From Alphaproteobacteria bacterium (GTDB lineage: Bacteria > Pseudomonadota > Alphaproteobacteria > UBA8366 > CAVOAK01): 48,134 nt of DNA. This document shows, piece after piece, positions 19,565-29,798 of this stretch. Location of the stretch: assembly GCA_963693665.1 (NCBI GenBank), contig CAVOAK010000001.1:1-48134 (forward strand), written 5' to 3'. The translations under genes and the position numbers were made by a program. Below the pieces are notes generated by a model. It saw only the letters and a list, made by a program, of their open reading frames with translations. It searched no databases and was not told the origin of the DNA. How positions within the stretch are numbered: position 1 is the stretch's first letter; the number at the start of each line of letters is the position of its first letter.

Positions 19565-20838
19565 GTTTCTGGCGCTTCCAAAAGAAGCACCATTTGTCTG
19601 CGTTGGCGCCGCATAAGGAGCCATACGGCGATACACAGCGTCGCTCCCATCACGACCGGCCAGCGCAGCCCTAAAGCCCCTGAGAGCCCCCCCATTGCAA
19701 GTGCGCCAAGTGCCGGCCCACTGCGAAACAGAACACCGTAAAGAGACATAACGCGGGCGCGCATCTGCTCCTCAACCGCGGTCTGAATCAACGTTTGAAC
19801 TCCGACGCCGCTTAACAGCCGGCCAAGCCCCATGACCGTCATCGCCGCTACAGCGACCCAGAAGTTAGACGTTGCAGCAAAGACAAGGAGTGACCCGCCC
19901 AGAACCAACAGGCTCGCAAACGCAATAGTTGTCAGGCCGACAAGGCTACGACGTTGTGTCAGCCATATACCGCCGATAGCTGCGCCAATACCGGTAGCCG
20001 AAGTAAGCCAGGCAAGCCCGGCGGCGCCGCGTCCAAAGACCTCATCGGCAAACGCCGGTAGAAGCTCAGCAACGGGAGCAGCCAACACGGAAGCCGCCAT
20101 CATCATAAGCAAGAGCGGCCCGATTGAAGCGTTGCCGAAGCAATAGCGAAACCCTTCTGCAACATCAGCGAGTAGACTGCTTTCGGGTCGCTTTTTCGGC
20201 GTCGCCTGCGGTAGCTTGAGGCGCGGCAGAACCACGACTAACCCCAAAAAACTTAGTGCATTCATGAGAAACGCCGGCGCTATGCCCATCGTCGTAATGA
20301 CGACACCAGCGAGCGCCGGACCAGCGAAACGAGCAGAATTGAAGACCACCGAGTTGAAGGCAATCGCCGTTCCCAAATTCTCGCGATGAACAAGACTGGC
20401 AACAAGAGCCAGGCGGGCCGGCTGTCCTGCACCATGAAATACGCCAAGCAGAAACGTGAGCAGGAGCAGCCACCAAATTGTAATGGCCCCCGTCCATGTC
20501 ATAACGCAAAGAGTCACCGCCTGCGCGAACGCCATAACCTGAGTCACCCACGCAACCCGCAAGCGGCTATGCCGGTCCGCAAGGGCACCAGCAAACGGAC
20601 CAACCACGAGAGTTGGACACAAATCGGCAAAAGCAATGACTCCTAACCACAAGGCCGAATTTGTGAGTTGCCACGCCAGCCAACCGACGGCCAATCGTTG
20701 GATCCAAAGTCCAACCAGAGAAATGCCATTAGCCATCGTGTAAAGCGTATAGTTTCGATTGGCGAACAGCGCGCGAAGCGTTCCCGAACTGCTGGCGCCC
20801 TTAACTGAAGCCTCTTGGTGCTTTTCAGTGTCGGTCAT
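19561..20838 (-). CDS. MFS transporter (EntS/MFS_3-like), paralog 1
   Basis: 425 aa with about 12 hydrophobic segments. Contains LAVGWLAWQLTNSALWLGVIAFADL...GALADRHSR. Confidence 0.85.
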   Translation of the reverse strand: MTDTEKHQEASVKGASSSGTLRALFANRNYTLYTMANGISLVGLWIQRLAVGWLAWQLTNSALWLGVIAFADLCPTLVVGPFAGALADRHSRLRVAWVTQVMAFAQAVTLCVMTWTGAITIWWLLLLTFLLGVFHGAGQPARLALVASLVHRENLGTAIAFNSVVFNSARFAGPALAGVVITTMGIAPAFLMNALSFLGLVVVLPRLKLPQATPKKRPESSLLADVAEGFRYCFGNASIGPLLLMMMAASVLAAPVAELLPAFADEVFGRGAAGLAWLTSATGIGAAIGGIWLTQRRSLVGLTTIAFASLLVLGGSLLVFAATSNFWVAVAAMTVMGLGRLLSGVGVQTLIQTAVEEQMRARVMSLYGVLFRSGPALGALAMGGLSGALGLRWPVVMGATLCIAVWLLMRRQRRQMVLLLEAPET

Positions 20839-20895
20839 TTGCCATCATTCACTGACGAAGGTCACGGACCGACCGGAGCAATTGGCACCCACCTT

Positions 20896-22230
20896 CTAGC
20901 GTGCAACTGCTTCACCTTGATCCGAAGTTTCCGCTGTCTGCTCCAGCAAACTTGCGAGGCTCTTTTGGCGACGCTGCACAACAAACCACAGAAGAATGCA
21001 AAGTATACCGCCAATCGCAATGGGTGCGCGAAACCCCATCACTTCGGAAAGCCCTCCCATAATTAGTGCCCCTAGCGCTGGGGCGCCACGGAATATGAGA
21101 CCAAAGATTGCCATCACGCGTGCGCGCAGATGCTCCTCGACAGCCGATTGGACGAGCGTTTGACCAGCGACGCCGCCAATCAGCCGGGCAAACCCGACGA
21201 ATACCATTGCGATGACAGCGACCCAAAAAGTGGTTGTGGTTGTGAACAGAACCACCACGACACCAAGACCCAAGGTGCCGCCAATTAGCATCAATGCGGT
21301 GAGTCCTGTGAGTGTGCCCCGCTTGGCAAGCCAAAGACCGCCCATCGATGCGCCAATACCGCCCGCCGACGTTAGCCAGGCCAAACCATCCGCACCGCGT
21401 CCGAAGACGACATCGGCGAAACCAGGCAGTAGCTCCAGGACCGGTGCCGCAAGGATGGATGTGGCCGTCATGATTAACAACAGCGGACCAATTGCCGGAT
21501 GATGGGCTGCATAGCGGAAGCCTTGCAGAATATCGGCGAATAGCCCACTCGCGGCACGGTTTACAATTTTCTGAGGCGGTAAACGGAGTTGAAACATGGC
21601 GATTATGAAAATGACAAAGGTCAGCGCGTTGATCAGAAATGTTGGTGCGATCCCCATGGTTGTTATGACGACCCCGGCAATCGCTGGGCCGATGAAGCGC
21701 GCGAGATTGAAAGCAAGCGAATTGACGGCGATTGCCGTGGTGATATCGCTCGGCCGGACAAGGCTTGGAACCATTGACATGCGCGCGGGCTGATTAAATG
21801 CAAGGACGAAGGCAAGCGACAAGGTCAGGGCGAACAGTAGATTGATAGTGATGATATCGAAGGCGGTCAGGAACCATAAAATAAGCGCCTGGATCATTGC
21901 CAAAAACTGGCACACAATATTAATCTGCAACCGACTGTGACGATCGGCAAACGCTCCGGCAATCGGGCCGATAATTAAGGCTGGAATGAGATCGGCAAAG
22001 GCGACGATGCCAAGCCACAGTGCCGAACCGGTAAGTTGCCAAGCCAGCCAGCCAACGGCAACCTTATGCATCCAAAACCCGTTCATCGACAGCGTACCGC
22101 CGAAGATATAAATCGCGTAATTACGGTTCGAGAATGCACTGGTGACAGCACTGAAATCGAGCCAACTGGACAGCGATAGACGATTGTTACGGAAACAGGC
22201 CGTTGTCTTTGCCTTTTCTTCGCTAGACAA
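20896..22230 (-). CDS. MFS transporter (EntS/MFS_3-like), paralog 2
   Basis: 444 aa. It is collinear with the neighbouring MFS gene (VAVGWLAWQLTGSALWLGIVAFADL...GAFADRHSR...GVVITTMGIAP identical blocks). Confidence 0.85.
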   Translation of the reverse strand: MSSEEKAKTTACFRNNRLSLSSWLDFSAVTSAFSNRNYAIYIFGGTLSMNGFWMHKVAVGWLAWQLTGSALWLGIVAFADLIPALIIGPIAGAFADRHSRLQINIVCQFLAMIQALILWFLTAFDIITINLLFALTLSLAFVLAFNQPARMSMVPSLVRPSDITTAIAVNSLAFNLARFIGPAIAGVVITTMGIAPTFLINALTFVIFIIAMFQLRLPPQKIVNRAASGLFADILQGFRYAAHHPAIGPLLLIMTATSILAAPVLELLPGFADVVFGRGADGLAWLTSAGGIGASMGGLWLAKRGTLTGLTALMLIGGTLGLGVVVVLFTTTTTFWVAVIAMVFVGFARLIGGVAGQTLVQSAVEEHLRARVMAIFGLIFRGAPALGALIMGGLSEVMGFRAPIAIGGILCILLWFVVQRRQKSLASLLEQTAETSDQGEAVAR

Positions 22231-22448
22231 ATCGGTGTCGCCGCGCGTTCAAGTCTCGACTTTCAGACAGGCGAAGCAATTTGCTGCATTCAATATAGCT
22301 GGCAGTGGCGCGCGCTCCAACGTCCTACACAGCCTTCCACCAAATTTTACAGCGCTTCGTCTCGGCGCGCTCCTAAGTGTTGACGCAACGACAGCACACC
22401 GCAACACTGCCGATACATCCAGACAGGACGGTTCAACGCAGCCATATC

Positions 22449-25112
22449 ATGCCCGACACCGATCTCCAGCCAACATATTTAAAGGATTATCAACCGCCAG
22501 TTTGCCGGCTGAATTCCGTAGATCTCCATTTCGAGTTAGGCGAAGACGTGACGCATGTGACATCTCGCCTTAGCGTCGCGATATTGCCGTCAGCACTTGG
22601 ACAATCGCTTCGTCTCAACGGCAATGGTCTTGATCTCGTTTCGATCAAGATCGACGACATGCCGCTTGCCGACAGTGACTTCGAAAATGAGCCTGAGCAC
22701 CTGACGATACTCTCCCCACCCAGCAGTTTTACACTGGAAATTGAAACAGCCATCAAGCCGCAAGAAAACACGTCCCTCGAAGGACTTTATAAATCGAGTG
22801 GCAATTTTTGCACTCAATGTGAGCCGGAAGGGTTCCGGGCAATTACGTACTTTCCGGACCACCCGGATGTGATGACAACTTTCACCACAACCATCGTCGC
22901 CGAAAAGAAACGGTATCCAGTACTGCTGTCAAACGGAAACAAAGTAGATGAAGGAAGCACCGAGAACGGTCGTCATTGGGTGAAGTGGCACGATCCATTC
23001 CCAAAACCCTCATACTTATTTGCGTTGGTGGCCGGAGACCTTGCTGTTGTTGAAGATCATTTCACAACAGCCTCCGGGCGCGATGTCACCCTCAGAATTT
23101 TTGTCGAACCGAGCAATGAGGACCGATGCGGTTACGCTATGGATTCGCTCAAAAGGGCGATGCGATGGGATGAGGAAACCTTCGGGCTTGAGTACGACCT
23201 CGACGTATTCATGATTGTCGCCGTCAGCGACTTCAACTTTGGCGCGATGGAAAATAAGGGTTTGAACATTTTCAACGCCAAATATATTCTGGCAAATGCT
23301 GAGACCGCGACAGACCGCGACTTTGCCGGCATCGAAGCGGTCGTCGCCCACGAATATTTCCACAATTGGACTGGCAATCGTGTGACCTGCCGAGATTGGT
23401 TCCAGTTGAGTTTGAAAGAGGGACTCACCGTCTTTCGGGATCAGGAATTCTCCGCTGATATGCGCTCCCGCGCGGTCAAGCGTATTGGTGATGTGCGCAC
23501 TTTGCGGGCCGCCCAATTTCCCGAAGATGCCGGGCCGCTTGCTCACTCAGTTCGCCCGGACTCCTATATAGAAATCAATAATTTTTATACAGCAACCGTC
23601 TACGTTAAGGGCGCAGAGGTTGTGCGGATGGTGCACACCTTGATCGGTGCCGAGGCATTTCGTAAAGGTCTTGACCTCTATTTTGAACGCCATGATGGGC
23701 AGGCGGTCACGACCGAAGATTTTTTGGCGGCTATGGCCGATACTTCAGGTCAGAATCTAGACCAGTTTGCATTGTGGTACGCTCAAGCTGGCACACCTGA
23801 AATTACGGTCTCCGACGCCTATGACCAATCGGCGGGCAGTTATTCAATAACGGTGGAACAGTCCAGCCCGGTGACGCCTGGTCAACCAGACAAAAAACCA
23901 CTTCAGATACCACTTGCTATAGGTCTGCTTGACCAAACAGGCAACGAAATGCCGCTCAGACTTGAATCGGATTCTGCAAATTCCCAAGCTTCAGGAACAC
24001 GCCTACTCCAGCTAAACGCACCGCGTCAAACGTTTCTCTTTACAGAGGTATCGGAGCGACCAATTCCGTCGCTAATGCGTGGGTTTTCGGCACCAGTCAA
24101 ACTCAAGACATCCATCAGCGATAAAGGCAGAGCAGTGCTTTTTTCGCACGACAGTGATCTTTTCAATCGCTGGGAGGCAGGGCAACAGTTGGCATTGACC
24201 CTGCTGCTGGATGCCGTTGGCGCGAATTCAGCCGGTTCAGGGCATGTGGACAAAGCCACATTTTCCAATGCCGATCTTTATGTCGCCGCCGTCGGCGAAT
24301 TGTTAACCGATGAGGGGCTTGAGCACGCTTTCGTCGCAGAGGCGATCCTGCTGCCGACCGAGACCTATGTCTGTGATCAATTGAATGTGGTCGACGTAGA
24401 GGCGGTCCATTGGGCTCGCGAGCAATTACGCCAGACAATTGCGCAGCGGCTTTTTGAACCCCTTCTTGCGTCATACCACGGGCACAACAGCAATCGTCCG
24501 TACTCTCCGGATGCCGCGGATGCTGGTAGTCGCAGCTTGCGAAACGCGGCGCTTTATTTTCTCACCTCCCTCGACGACTCGGAAATGCTGGCTTTGTGCG
24601 TTGAGCAGTATCAAAACGCCAACAACATGACCGACCGAATGGCCGCTCTCACCATGTTGGCCGACGTTGACAACCCGGCGAGGGTTGAAGCGCTCGATGA
24701 TTTTTACAGCCGTTGGCATAGGGATGCCCTTGTCGTTGACAAGTGGTTCGCCATTCAGGCGTCATCTGCGCTCGAAGACACGTTGGATACTGTTAAAAGG
24801 TTGCAACATCATGATGCCTTCTCACTGCACAATCCAAACAGGGTTCGTGCCCTGATCGGCGCTTTCGCATCAGGAAATGCCCTCCGATTCCACCGCGCTG
24901 ACGGCGCGGGTTATCGCTTCCTGACTGACTGTGTTTTAGAACTTGACGAACTAAACCCGCAGGTTGCGGCACGTCTGCTCTCACCATTTGGACCATGGCG
25001 CCGCTACGATAGCGATCGTCAAGCCTTGATAAAGAGCCAAATCGAGCGAGTTCTGAAAAAAAGTGGGCTGTCGCCCGGGACATACGAGATTGCCTCTAAG
25101 ACACTTGGCTGA
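22449..25112 (+). CDS. pepN: Aminopeptidase N (M1 family)
   Basis: Contains GAMENKGLN and [29 protein letters not shown] (the HExxH-x18-E motif). ATG at 22449 ([17 protein letters not shown]) is the typical PepN N-terminus. Confidence 0.95.
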   Translation: MPDTDLQPTYLKDYQPPVCRLNSVDLHFELGEDVTHVTSRLSVAILPSALGQSLRLNGNGLDLVSIKIDDMPLADSDFENEPEHLTILSPPSSFTLEIETAIKPQENTSLEGLYKSSGNFCTQCEPEGFRAITYFPDHPDVMTTFTTTIVAEKKRYPVLLSNGNKVDEGSTENGRHWVKWHDPFPKPSYLFALVAGDLAVVEDHFTTASGRDVTLRIFVEPSNEDRCGYAMDSLKRAMRWDEETFGLEYDLDVFMIVAVSDFNFGAMENKGLNIFNAKYILANAETATDRDFAGIEAVVAHEYFHNWTGNRVTCRDWFQLSLKEGLTVFRDQEFSADMRSRAVKRIGDVRTLRAAQFPEDAGPLAHSVRPDSYIEINNFYTATVYVKGAEVVRMVHTLIGAEAFRKGLDLYFERHDGQAVTTEDFLAAMADTSGQNLDQFALWYAQAGTPEITVSDAYDQSAGSYSITVEQSSPVTPGQPDKKPLQIPLAIGLLDQTGNEMPLRLESDSANSQASGTRLLQLNAPRQTFLFTEVSERPIPSLMRGFSAPVKLKTSISDKGRAVLFSHDSDLFNRWEAGQQLALTLLLDAVGANSAGSGHVDKATFSNADLYVAAVGELLTDEGLEHAFVAEAILLPTETYVCDQLNVVDVEAVHWAREQLRQTIAQRLFEPLLASYHGHNSNRPYSPDAADAGSRSLRNAALYFLTSLDDSEMLALCVEQYQNANNMTDRMAALTMLADVDNPARVEALDDFYSRWHRDALVVDKWFAIQASSALEDTLDTVKRLQHHDAFSLHNPNRVRALIGAFASGNALRFHRADGAGYRFLTDCVLELDELNPQVAARLLSPFGPWRRYDSDRQALIKSQIERVLKKSGLSPGTYEIASKTLG

Positions 25113-25210
25113 CCTCTCCAATTCATTTTCTAACCGAATAGGTCCCTGTCCATGAACATCCGAATACTCACTGTCACAGGGCCGTCAACTTCTACTCTAA
25201 ATGCGCCGCG

Positions 25211-26635
25211 ATGAAGGGCGACGTCAAAGCCGACATATGCGTCATTGGCGCAGGGCCTGGTGGATTATCGGTGGCCGCCGCGGCCTCCATGATGGGAGCT
25301 AAAACCGTATTGATTGAACGCCACAAAATGGGCGGCGACTGCTTAAATTACGGATGCGTTCCGTCCAAGGCTTTAATTGCTGCGTCCAAAGCCGCCCACG
25401 GTATGCGTCAGGCAAGTCGCTTCGGTATAAAGAACCACGAGCCGGAGGTCGATTTTGCTGCGGTGCGCAACCATGTAAAAGGTGTGATTTCTGCAATCGA
25501 ACCAAATGATTCCGTGGAGCGTTTCGAAGGTTTAGGGGTTAAAGTTATCCTCGATCAAGGTCGGTTTTCTGCCCCGCGCGAGGTGATCGCTGGTGATTGT
25601 CGCATTCAAGCGCGCCGCTTCGTTATCGCCACAGGCTCCTCGCCATTGGTGCCACCGATACCCGGTCTAGCCGACGTTCCCTTCCTTACCAACGAGAGTA
25701 TCTTCGACCTCGAAAATGGTCCCGAACATCTGATTGTTATTGGCGGAGGCGCGATCGGTGTGGAATTAGCGCAAGCACACAGGCGACTTGGCGCAAACGT
25801 TACAATTGTTGAGATGTTCAAAATCCTGGGACGCAATGATGCCGAAGCAGTGAACATCGTTCGCAAGCAGTTGATAGAGGACGGCATTACCATCCACGAA
25901 GACACCATAGTGAAAAGCGTTGAGCGCAGCGGCGAGCGCATCAGTGTGATTACTGAGTCTGACGGCAAACCGTTACGGATCGACGGTTCGCATATTCTTG
26001 TCGCCGCCGGCCGCAGCGCAAATTTGGATGGATTGAACCTAGACGCGGCCGGCGTTCAGTATTCACCTAAGGGCATAGATGTAGATGCGCGTCTACGCAC
26101 AACGAACAAGAAGATTTTCGCAATAGGCGACGTTGCAAGCCCCTACCAATTCACTCATATGGCCGGATATCACGCAGGTATTGTTATTCGAAATGCATTG
26201 TTCATGTTGCCTGCAAAAGTGAACTACGCCGCAGTCCCATGGGTCACATTCACTGACCCAGAGTTTGCCCATGTTGGTTTGACAGAGGACCAGAGTCGCA
26301 AAAAATTCAGCGATGATCTTCGTGTGTTGCGGTGGCCATTTGCGGAGAACGACCGGGCCCAAGCCGAGCGAAATATTACCGGTATGATTAAGGTTGTCAC
26401 CAGCCGTCGCGGTAGGATTCGTGGAGCGAGCATCGTTGGACCGCATGCCGGGGAACTAATTCTGCCTTGGGTCCTCGCGACGAGTTCACATGAGAAAATC
26501 GGTAAGATGGCAAGTCTAATTGCACCATACCCGACACTTTCTGAAGTCGGCAAAAAAGCAGCGGGAACATATTTTACACCATCATTGTTCAGCGAACGCA
26601 CAAAGCGACTCGTCAAGTTTTTGCAACATTTTTGA
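25211..26635 (+). CDS. FAD-dependent pyridine nucleotide-disulfide oxidoreductase (dihydrolipoyl dehydrogenase / mercuric-reductase-like, class I)
   Basis: Contains ICVIGAGPGGLSVA and the GGDCLNYGCVPSK redox disulfide, plus a second Rossmann fold (VIGGGAIGVELA) and a C-terminal dimerisation domain. It has no NmerA domain and no C-terminal Cys pair, so it is not MerA. Confidence 0.8.
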   Translation: MKGDVKADICVIGAGPGGLSVAAAASMMGAKTVLIERHKMGGDCLNYGCVPSKALIAASKAAHGMRQASRFGIKNHEPEVDFAAVRNHVKGVISAIEPNDSVERFEGLGVKVILDQGRFSAPREVIAGDCRIQARRFVIATGSSPLVPPIPGLADVPFLTNESIFDLENGPEHLIVIGGGAIGVELAQAHRRLGANVTIVEMFKILGRNDAEAVNIVRKQLIEDGITIHEDTIVKSVERSGERISVITESDGKPLRIDGSHILVAAGRSANLDGLNLDAAGVQYSPKGIDVDARLRTTNKKIFAIGDVASPYQFTHMAGYHAGIVIRNALFMLPAKVNYAAVPWVTFTDPEFAHVGLTEDQSRKKFSDDLRVLRWPFAENDRAQAERNITGMIKVVTSRRGRIRGASIVGPHAGELILPWVLATSSHEKIGKMASLIAPYPTLSEVGKKAAGTYFTPSLFSERTKRLVKFLQHF

Positions 26636-26663
26636 ACCTTTCAATATGATGGGCTAGTCTGGC

Positions 26664-27074
26664 ATGCTCGCGAGCTCGTCAAAAATAGAGGTGGTGGAAT
26701 CGGCTTCATCATTTGAACCAGTGACACAAGCCATTTACCTTGCGGGACTGTGGCCTTTCCCAGCCCTTATGACCTACGCAGCTCTACGCGACCTGCTCAG
26801 CTTCACAATCCCTAACTGGATTCCAGTTTTGGTGATCTGCGGATTTTTTCTTGTTGTCGTAACAAAAGGTAGCCTTTGGTCTTTAGCGACTTTACTGCAC
26901 TCCGGTACCGGAATTGCAGTCCTGGCCGCAGTTGCTTTGCTATTCTTCCGTGGACTGATCGGTGGCGGCGACGCCAAGCTCATCGCAGCCGCAAGCGTAT
27001 GGATGGAATGGCCACAGTTGACACTGTTTCTCCTCATAATGGCGTTTTTTGGTGGCGTATTGGCACTCGTTTAG
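26664..27074 (+). CDS. A24-family prepilin peptidase (CpaA-like), possibly 3'-shortened
   Basis: Contains AALRDLLSFTIPNW and GGGDAKLIAAASVW, so both A24 Asp motif regions are present. The protein ends right after FFGGVLALV, and the usual distal PYG(V/I)AI segment is not seen in any frame before the next gene. Confidence 0.55.
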   Translation: MLASSSKIEVVESASSFEPVTQAIYLAGLWPFPALMTYAALRDLLSFTIPNWIPVLVICGFFLVVVTKGSLWSLATLLHSGTGIAVLAAVALLFFRGLIGGGDAKLIAAASVWMEWPQLTLFLLIMAFFGGVLALV

Positions 27075-27141
27075 ATCGGCGCGCAGAGGGTGGCAAAAAG
27101 CGCGTTGGCCTCCTCAATATCTTCGGACCTGAAGCACTACA

Positions 27142-28313
27142 ATGACGCAACGCAAGAGTTCAATTCAAGCCATCCGTCGCACTATGTGTGGAGCGACCGC
27201 GCTTGTTTTAATTTCGTTCATTGTCGCAGCTGCATTCCTAGCCGAGGCTAAAGCACAAAATTCCCCGGCACCATCGATCGCTTTTGAAACGCTGAAGAGG
27301 CTCGCTGAGCAAGGCAACTCGGTGGCACAAAATAACCTTGGCCTGCGATACGCGCAGGGAGATGGCGCCGAGCAGATAGTGCGGAAGCCTTGAAGTGGTA
27401 CCTCCGCGCAGCTGAGCAAGGACTGCCAGAAGCGCAGAACAATGTAGGCCTCATGTACGCGGAAGGCCTGGGCGCACCGCACAATGACTTCGAAGCGGTG
27501 CGCTGGTATCGCCTGTCTGCACTGCAGGAATTTGCAGTTGCACAAAATAACCTCGGCTGGATGTGCTACCAAGGCCGGGGTATCGAACGGAATTATGGGG
27601 AGGCGGCAAGGTGGCATCGACGATCGGCCGAGCAGGCATTACCCAACGCCCAATTTAATCTGGCTGCGATGTACGAAGCAGGTTTTGGGGTCGATCAAGA
27701 TCTCAATGAGGCTGTTCTCTGGTACCGCAAAGCGGCAGAACAACAACACGAGCAGGCCGCGGCAAGGGTCCGCCTATTAGCGTCAAGCCTCCCGTCCAGC
27801 GAAGCGACATTGGAAACGTCAAATACTGCGACGCTCGATCAACACGCCGCTGTCGAATTATCTGTTGCCCCTGTTGCACCAGTGGCGCCCAAACCGCCGG
27901 AAGAGACTGCTCTTGTAAGCATCCCACCCCCACCGAAACCGAATACTGTTGCTAAGAAGTCGACGGGTATCGCAAGCGAGGCGTTGAGTACAACATCCGC
28001 CACACCCCGGTTCGAGGAAACGTCGGACACCGTGAGCAAAACACAAGCCGCGAAGGCATTTCAAGCTCAGCTTGCTGCCTATCGCAGTGAGGCGCGCTCT
28101 CTCAACGGCTGGCGCGCAATGATCGACGCGTATCCTTCGCAATTTGAAGGATTCAGTCCATCGATTGAGCGGATCGATCTCGGCGGCGAGAAAGGCGTGT
28201 TCTTTCGCCTAATGACGGGGCACTTTGGTACTATGGATGAGGCCAAGCGTTTCTGTACGCGGATCATCCAAAGCGCCGCCGCTAGCGGCTGCATTCCACG
28301 ACCGGCGCCGTAA
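27142..28313 (+). pseudogene. Sel1-repeat protein with a C-terminal SPOR (peptidoglycan-binding) domain, split by a 1-nt frameshift near 27367-27373
   Basis: ORF 27142..27393 ends ...AQNNLGLRYAQGDGAEQIVRKP*. The frame of ORF 27390..28313 read upstream gives RADSAEALKWYLRAAEQG. This completes a canonical Sel1 unit (G-x-G-x-x-x-D-x-x-E-A-x-K-W-Y) if one base is restored. The C-terminus AFQAQLAAYRSEARSLNGW...GVFFRLMTGHFGTMDEAKRFC is SPOR-like. Confidence 0.7.
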
Positions 28314-28413
28314 GACTGAAACTGCCTATACCGTCGCCTGCCGGCCGATAACCCTGTTCAGTCAGCCGTTTCGTCTCTATGAGACAGGTACCACCACCCA
28401 ATTGGCTCAATCA

Positions 28414-29625
28414 ATGCCCGCAGACAATTCCGCCGTGATCTATCGACCATCAATACTGCTGCTCGTTGTGATAATCGCAACCAGCTTGCTGGCGATTAGT
28501 ATCTACATACCATCGATGCCGGCGATCGCCGTTGATCTTGGCACCAGCATGGGCAGCGTTCAGCTTACGATGACGCTCTATCTGATTGGGTTCGCGTTTT
28601 CCCAGCTATTTTTCGGCCCAGTGTCCGACAAGTACGGTCGCCGCCCAGCTTTGTTGGGTGCGCTGTTAATCTTCTTCCTATCAAGTATTGCCTGCACACT
28701 GGCGCCAACCATTGAATTCTTGATCGTGGCGCGAATATTCCAGGCGTTCGGCGCCTGCGCTGGCGTTGTGCTAACACGCGCAATCGTTCGCGATGTCTAT
28801 AACCGTACGGAAAGCGCCAGAGTCATGGCCTATCTCGGCATGGCCATGGGGTTGGCACCAGCGCTCGCTCCCGTGCTCGGCGGACAGTTGCACATAATTT
28901 TCGGCTGGCGCGCAAATTTTGCTTTCATGGCGATTGCTTGCGCGGTTGCGTTTATCGCGGCGTGGGCCCGGTTGCGCGAGACACACAACCAACGAGGTGC
29001 TGCTGTAACGAGACTATACGGGATGCTGAATGGATATGTGCGCCTTTTGCGGTCGCCGACTTATCTCGCTTATTCTCTTAACGCATCGTTTCTGACCGCT
29101 GGCTTCTTCGCATTCTTTTCCAGCGCGCCGATCGTCATCATACAAATCATGGAGCTGTCTCCCGACAAATTAGGTTTCTTCACCTTATTCATGCCAGCAG
29201 GCTTTATTACAGGCAATTTCATCGTCAGCAGGCTCACCAACAGAGTTAGCCTTGACCGGCTGATTGTGACGGGGAATCTGATCGCGGTTGCAGCGATGGC
29301 AACGATGGTCGGAATCGCACTTACTGGACATATTGGCGTCGCAGCAATTGTCGGACCGGTGTATTTCCTCGGCCTTGCCAATGGTTTCGCTCTTCCAAAC
29401 AACTTAGCTGGTGCTGTTAGTGTCGATCCATCGATCGCTGGGACGGCTTCGGCATTGCTCGGATTTATGCAAATGCTGATGGCCGCGGTAGCGACAATCG
29501 CGGTTGGTTTTCTGACACACGAGTCACAGCTGACCATGGCGGCAATTATGTTGGTATCGGCAGTTGGATCGTTTGCTTCGCGCTTGTTTATGCGCCTTGA
29601 TCGTGCACGCGTCGTGGACGCGTGA
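28414..29625 (+). CDS. MFS drug-resistance transporter, Bcr/CflA family
   Basis: ATG at 28414 (MPADNSAVIYRPSILLLVVII...). Contains GPVSDKYGRRP, the MFS motif A, and 12 hydrophobic segments. Confidence 0.85.
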   Translation: MPADNSAVIYRPSILLLVVIIATSLLAISIYIPSMPAIAVDLGTSMGSVQLTMTLYLIGFAFSQLFFGPVSDKYGRRPALLGALLIFFLSSIACTLAPTIEFLIVARIFQAFGACAGVVLTRAIVRDVYNRTESARVMAYLGMAMGLAPALAPVLGGQLHIIFGWRANFAFMAIACAVAFIAAWARLRETHNQRGAAVTRLYGMLNGYVRLLRSPTYLAYSLNASFLTAGFFAFFSSAPIVIIQIMELSPDKLGFFTLFMPAGFITGNFIVSRLTNRVSLDRLIVTGNLIAVAAMATMVGIALTGHIGVAAIVGPVYFLGLANGFALPNNLAGAVSVDPSIAGTASALLGFMQMLMAAVATIAVGFLTHESQLTMAAIMLVSAVGSFASRLFMRLDRARVVDA

Positions 29626-29798
29626 CTGACGACTTCTCGTAGACGCTTCCTGAAGTTCGGACTAGCCTGTGATCGGATCGTCGAATGCAGAGTGGTGGTT
29701 TGAAGTGCCGTGCCGAATCGGTGCCATTCACCGCGGCGGGGTTCAGCCGTTCTCACTAGAAGAGAGAACGAATGCGCAGGAAGGAAATTCGCTAGACA

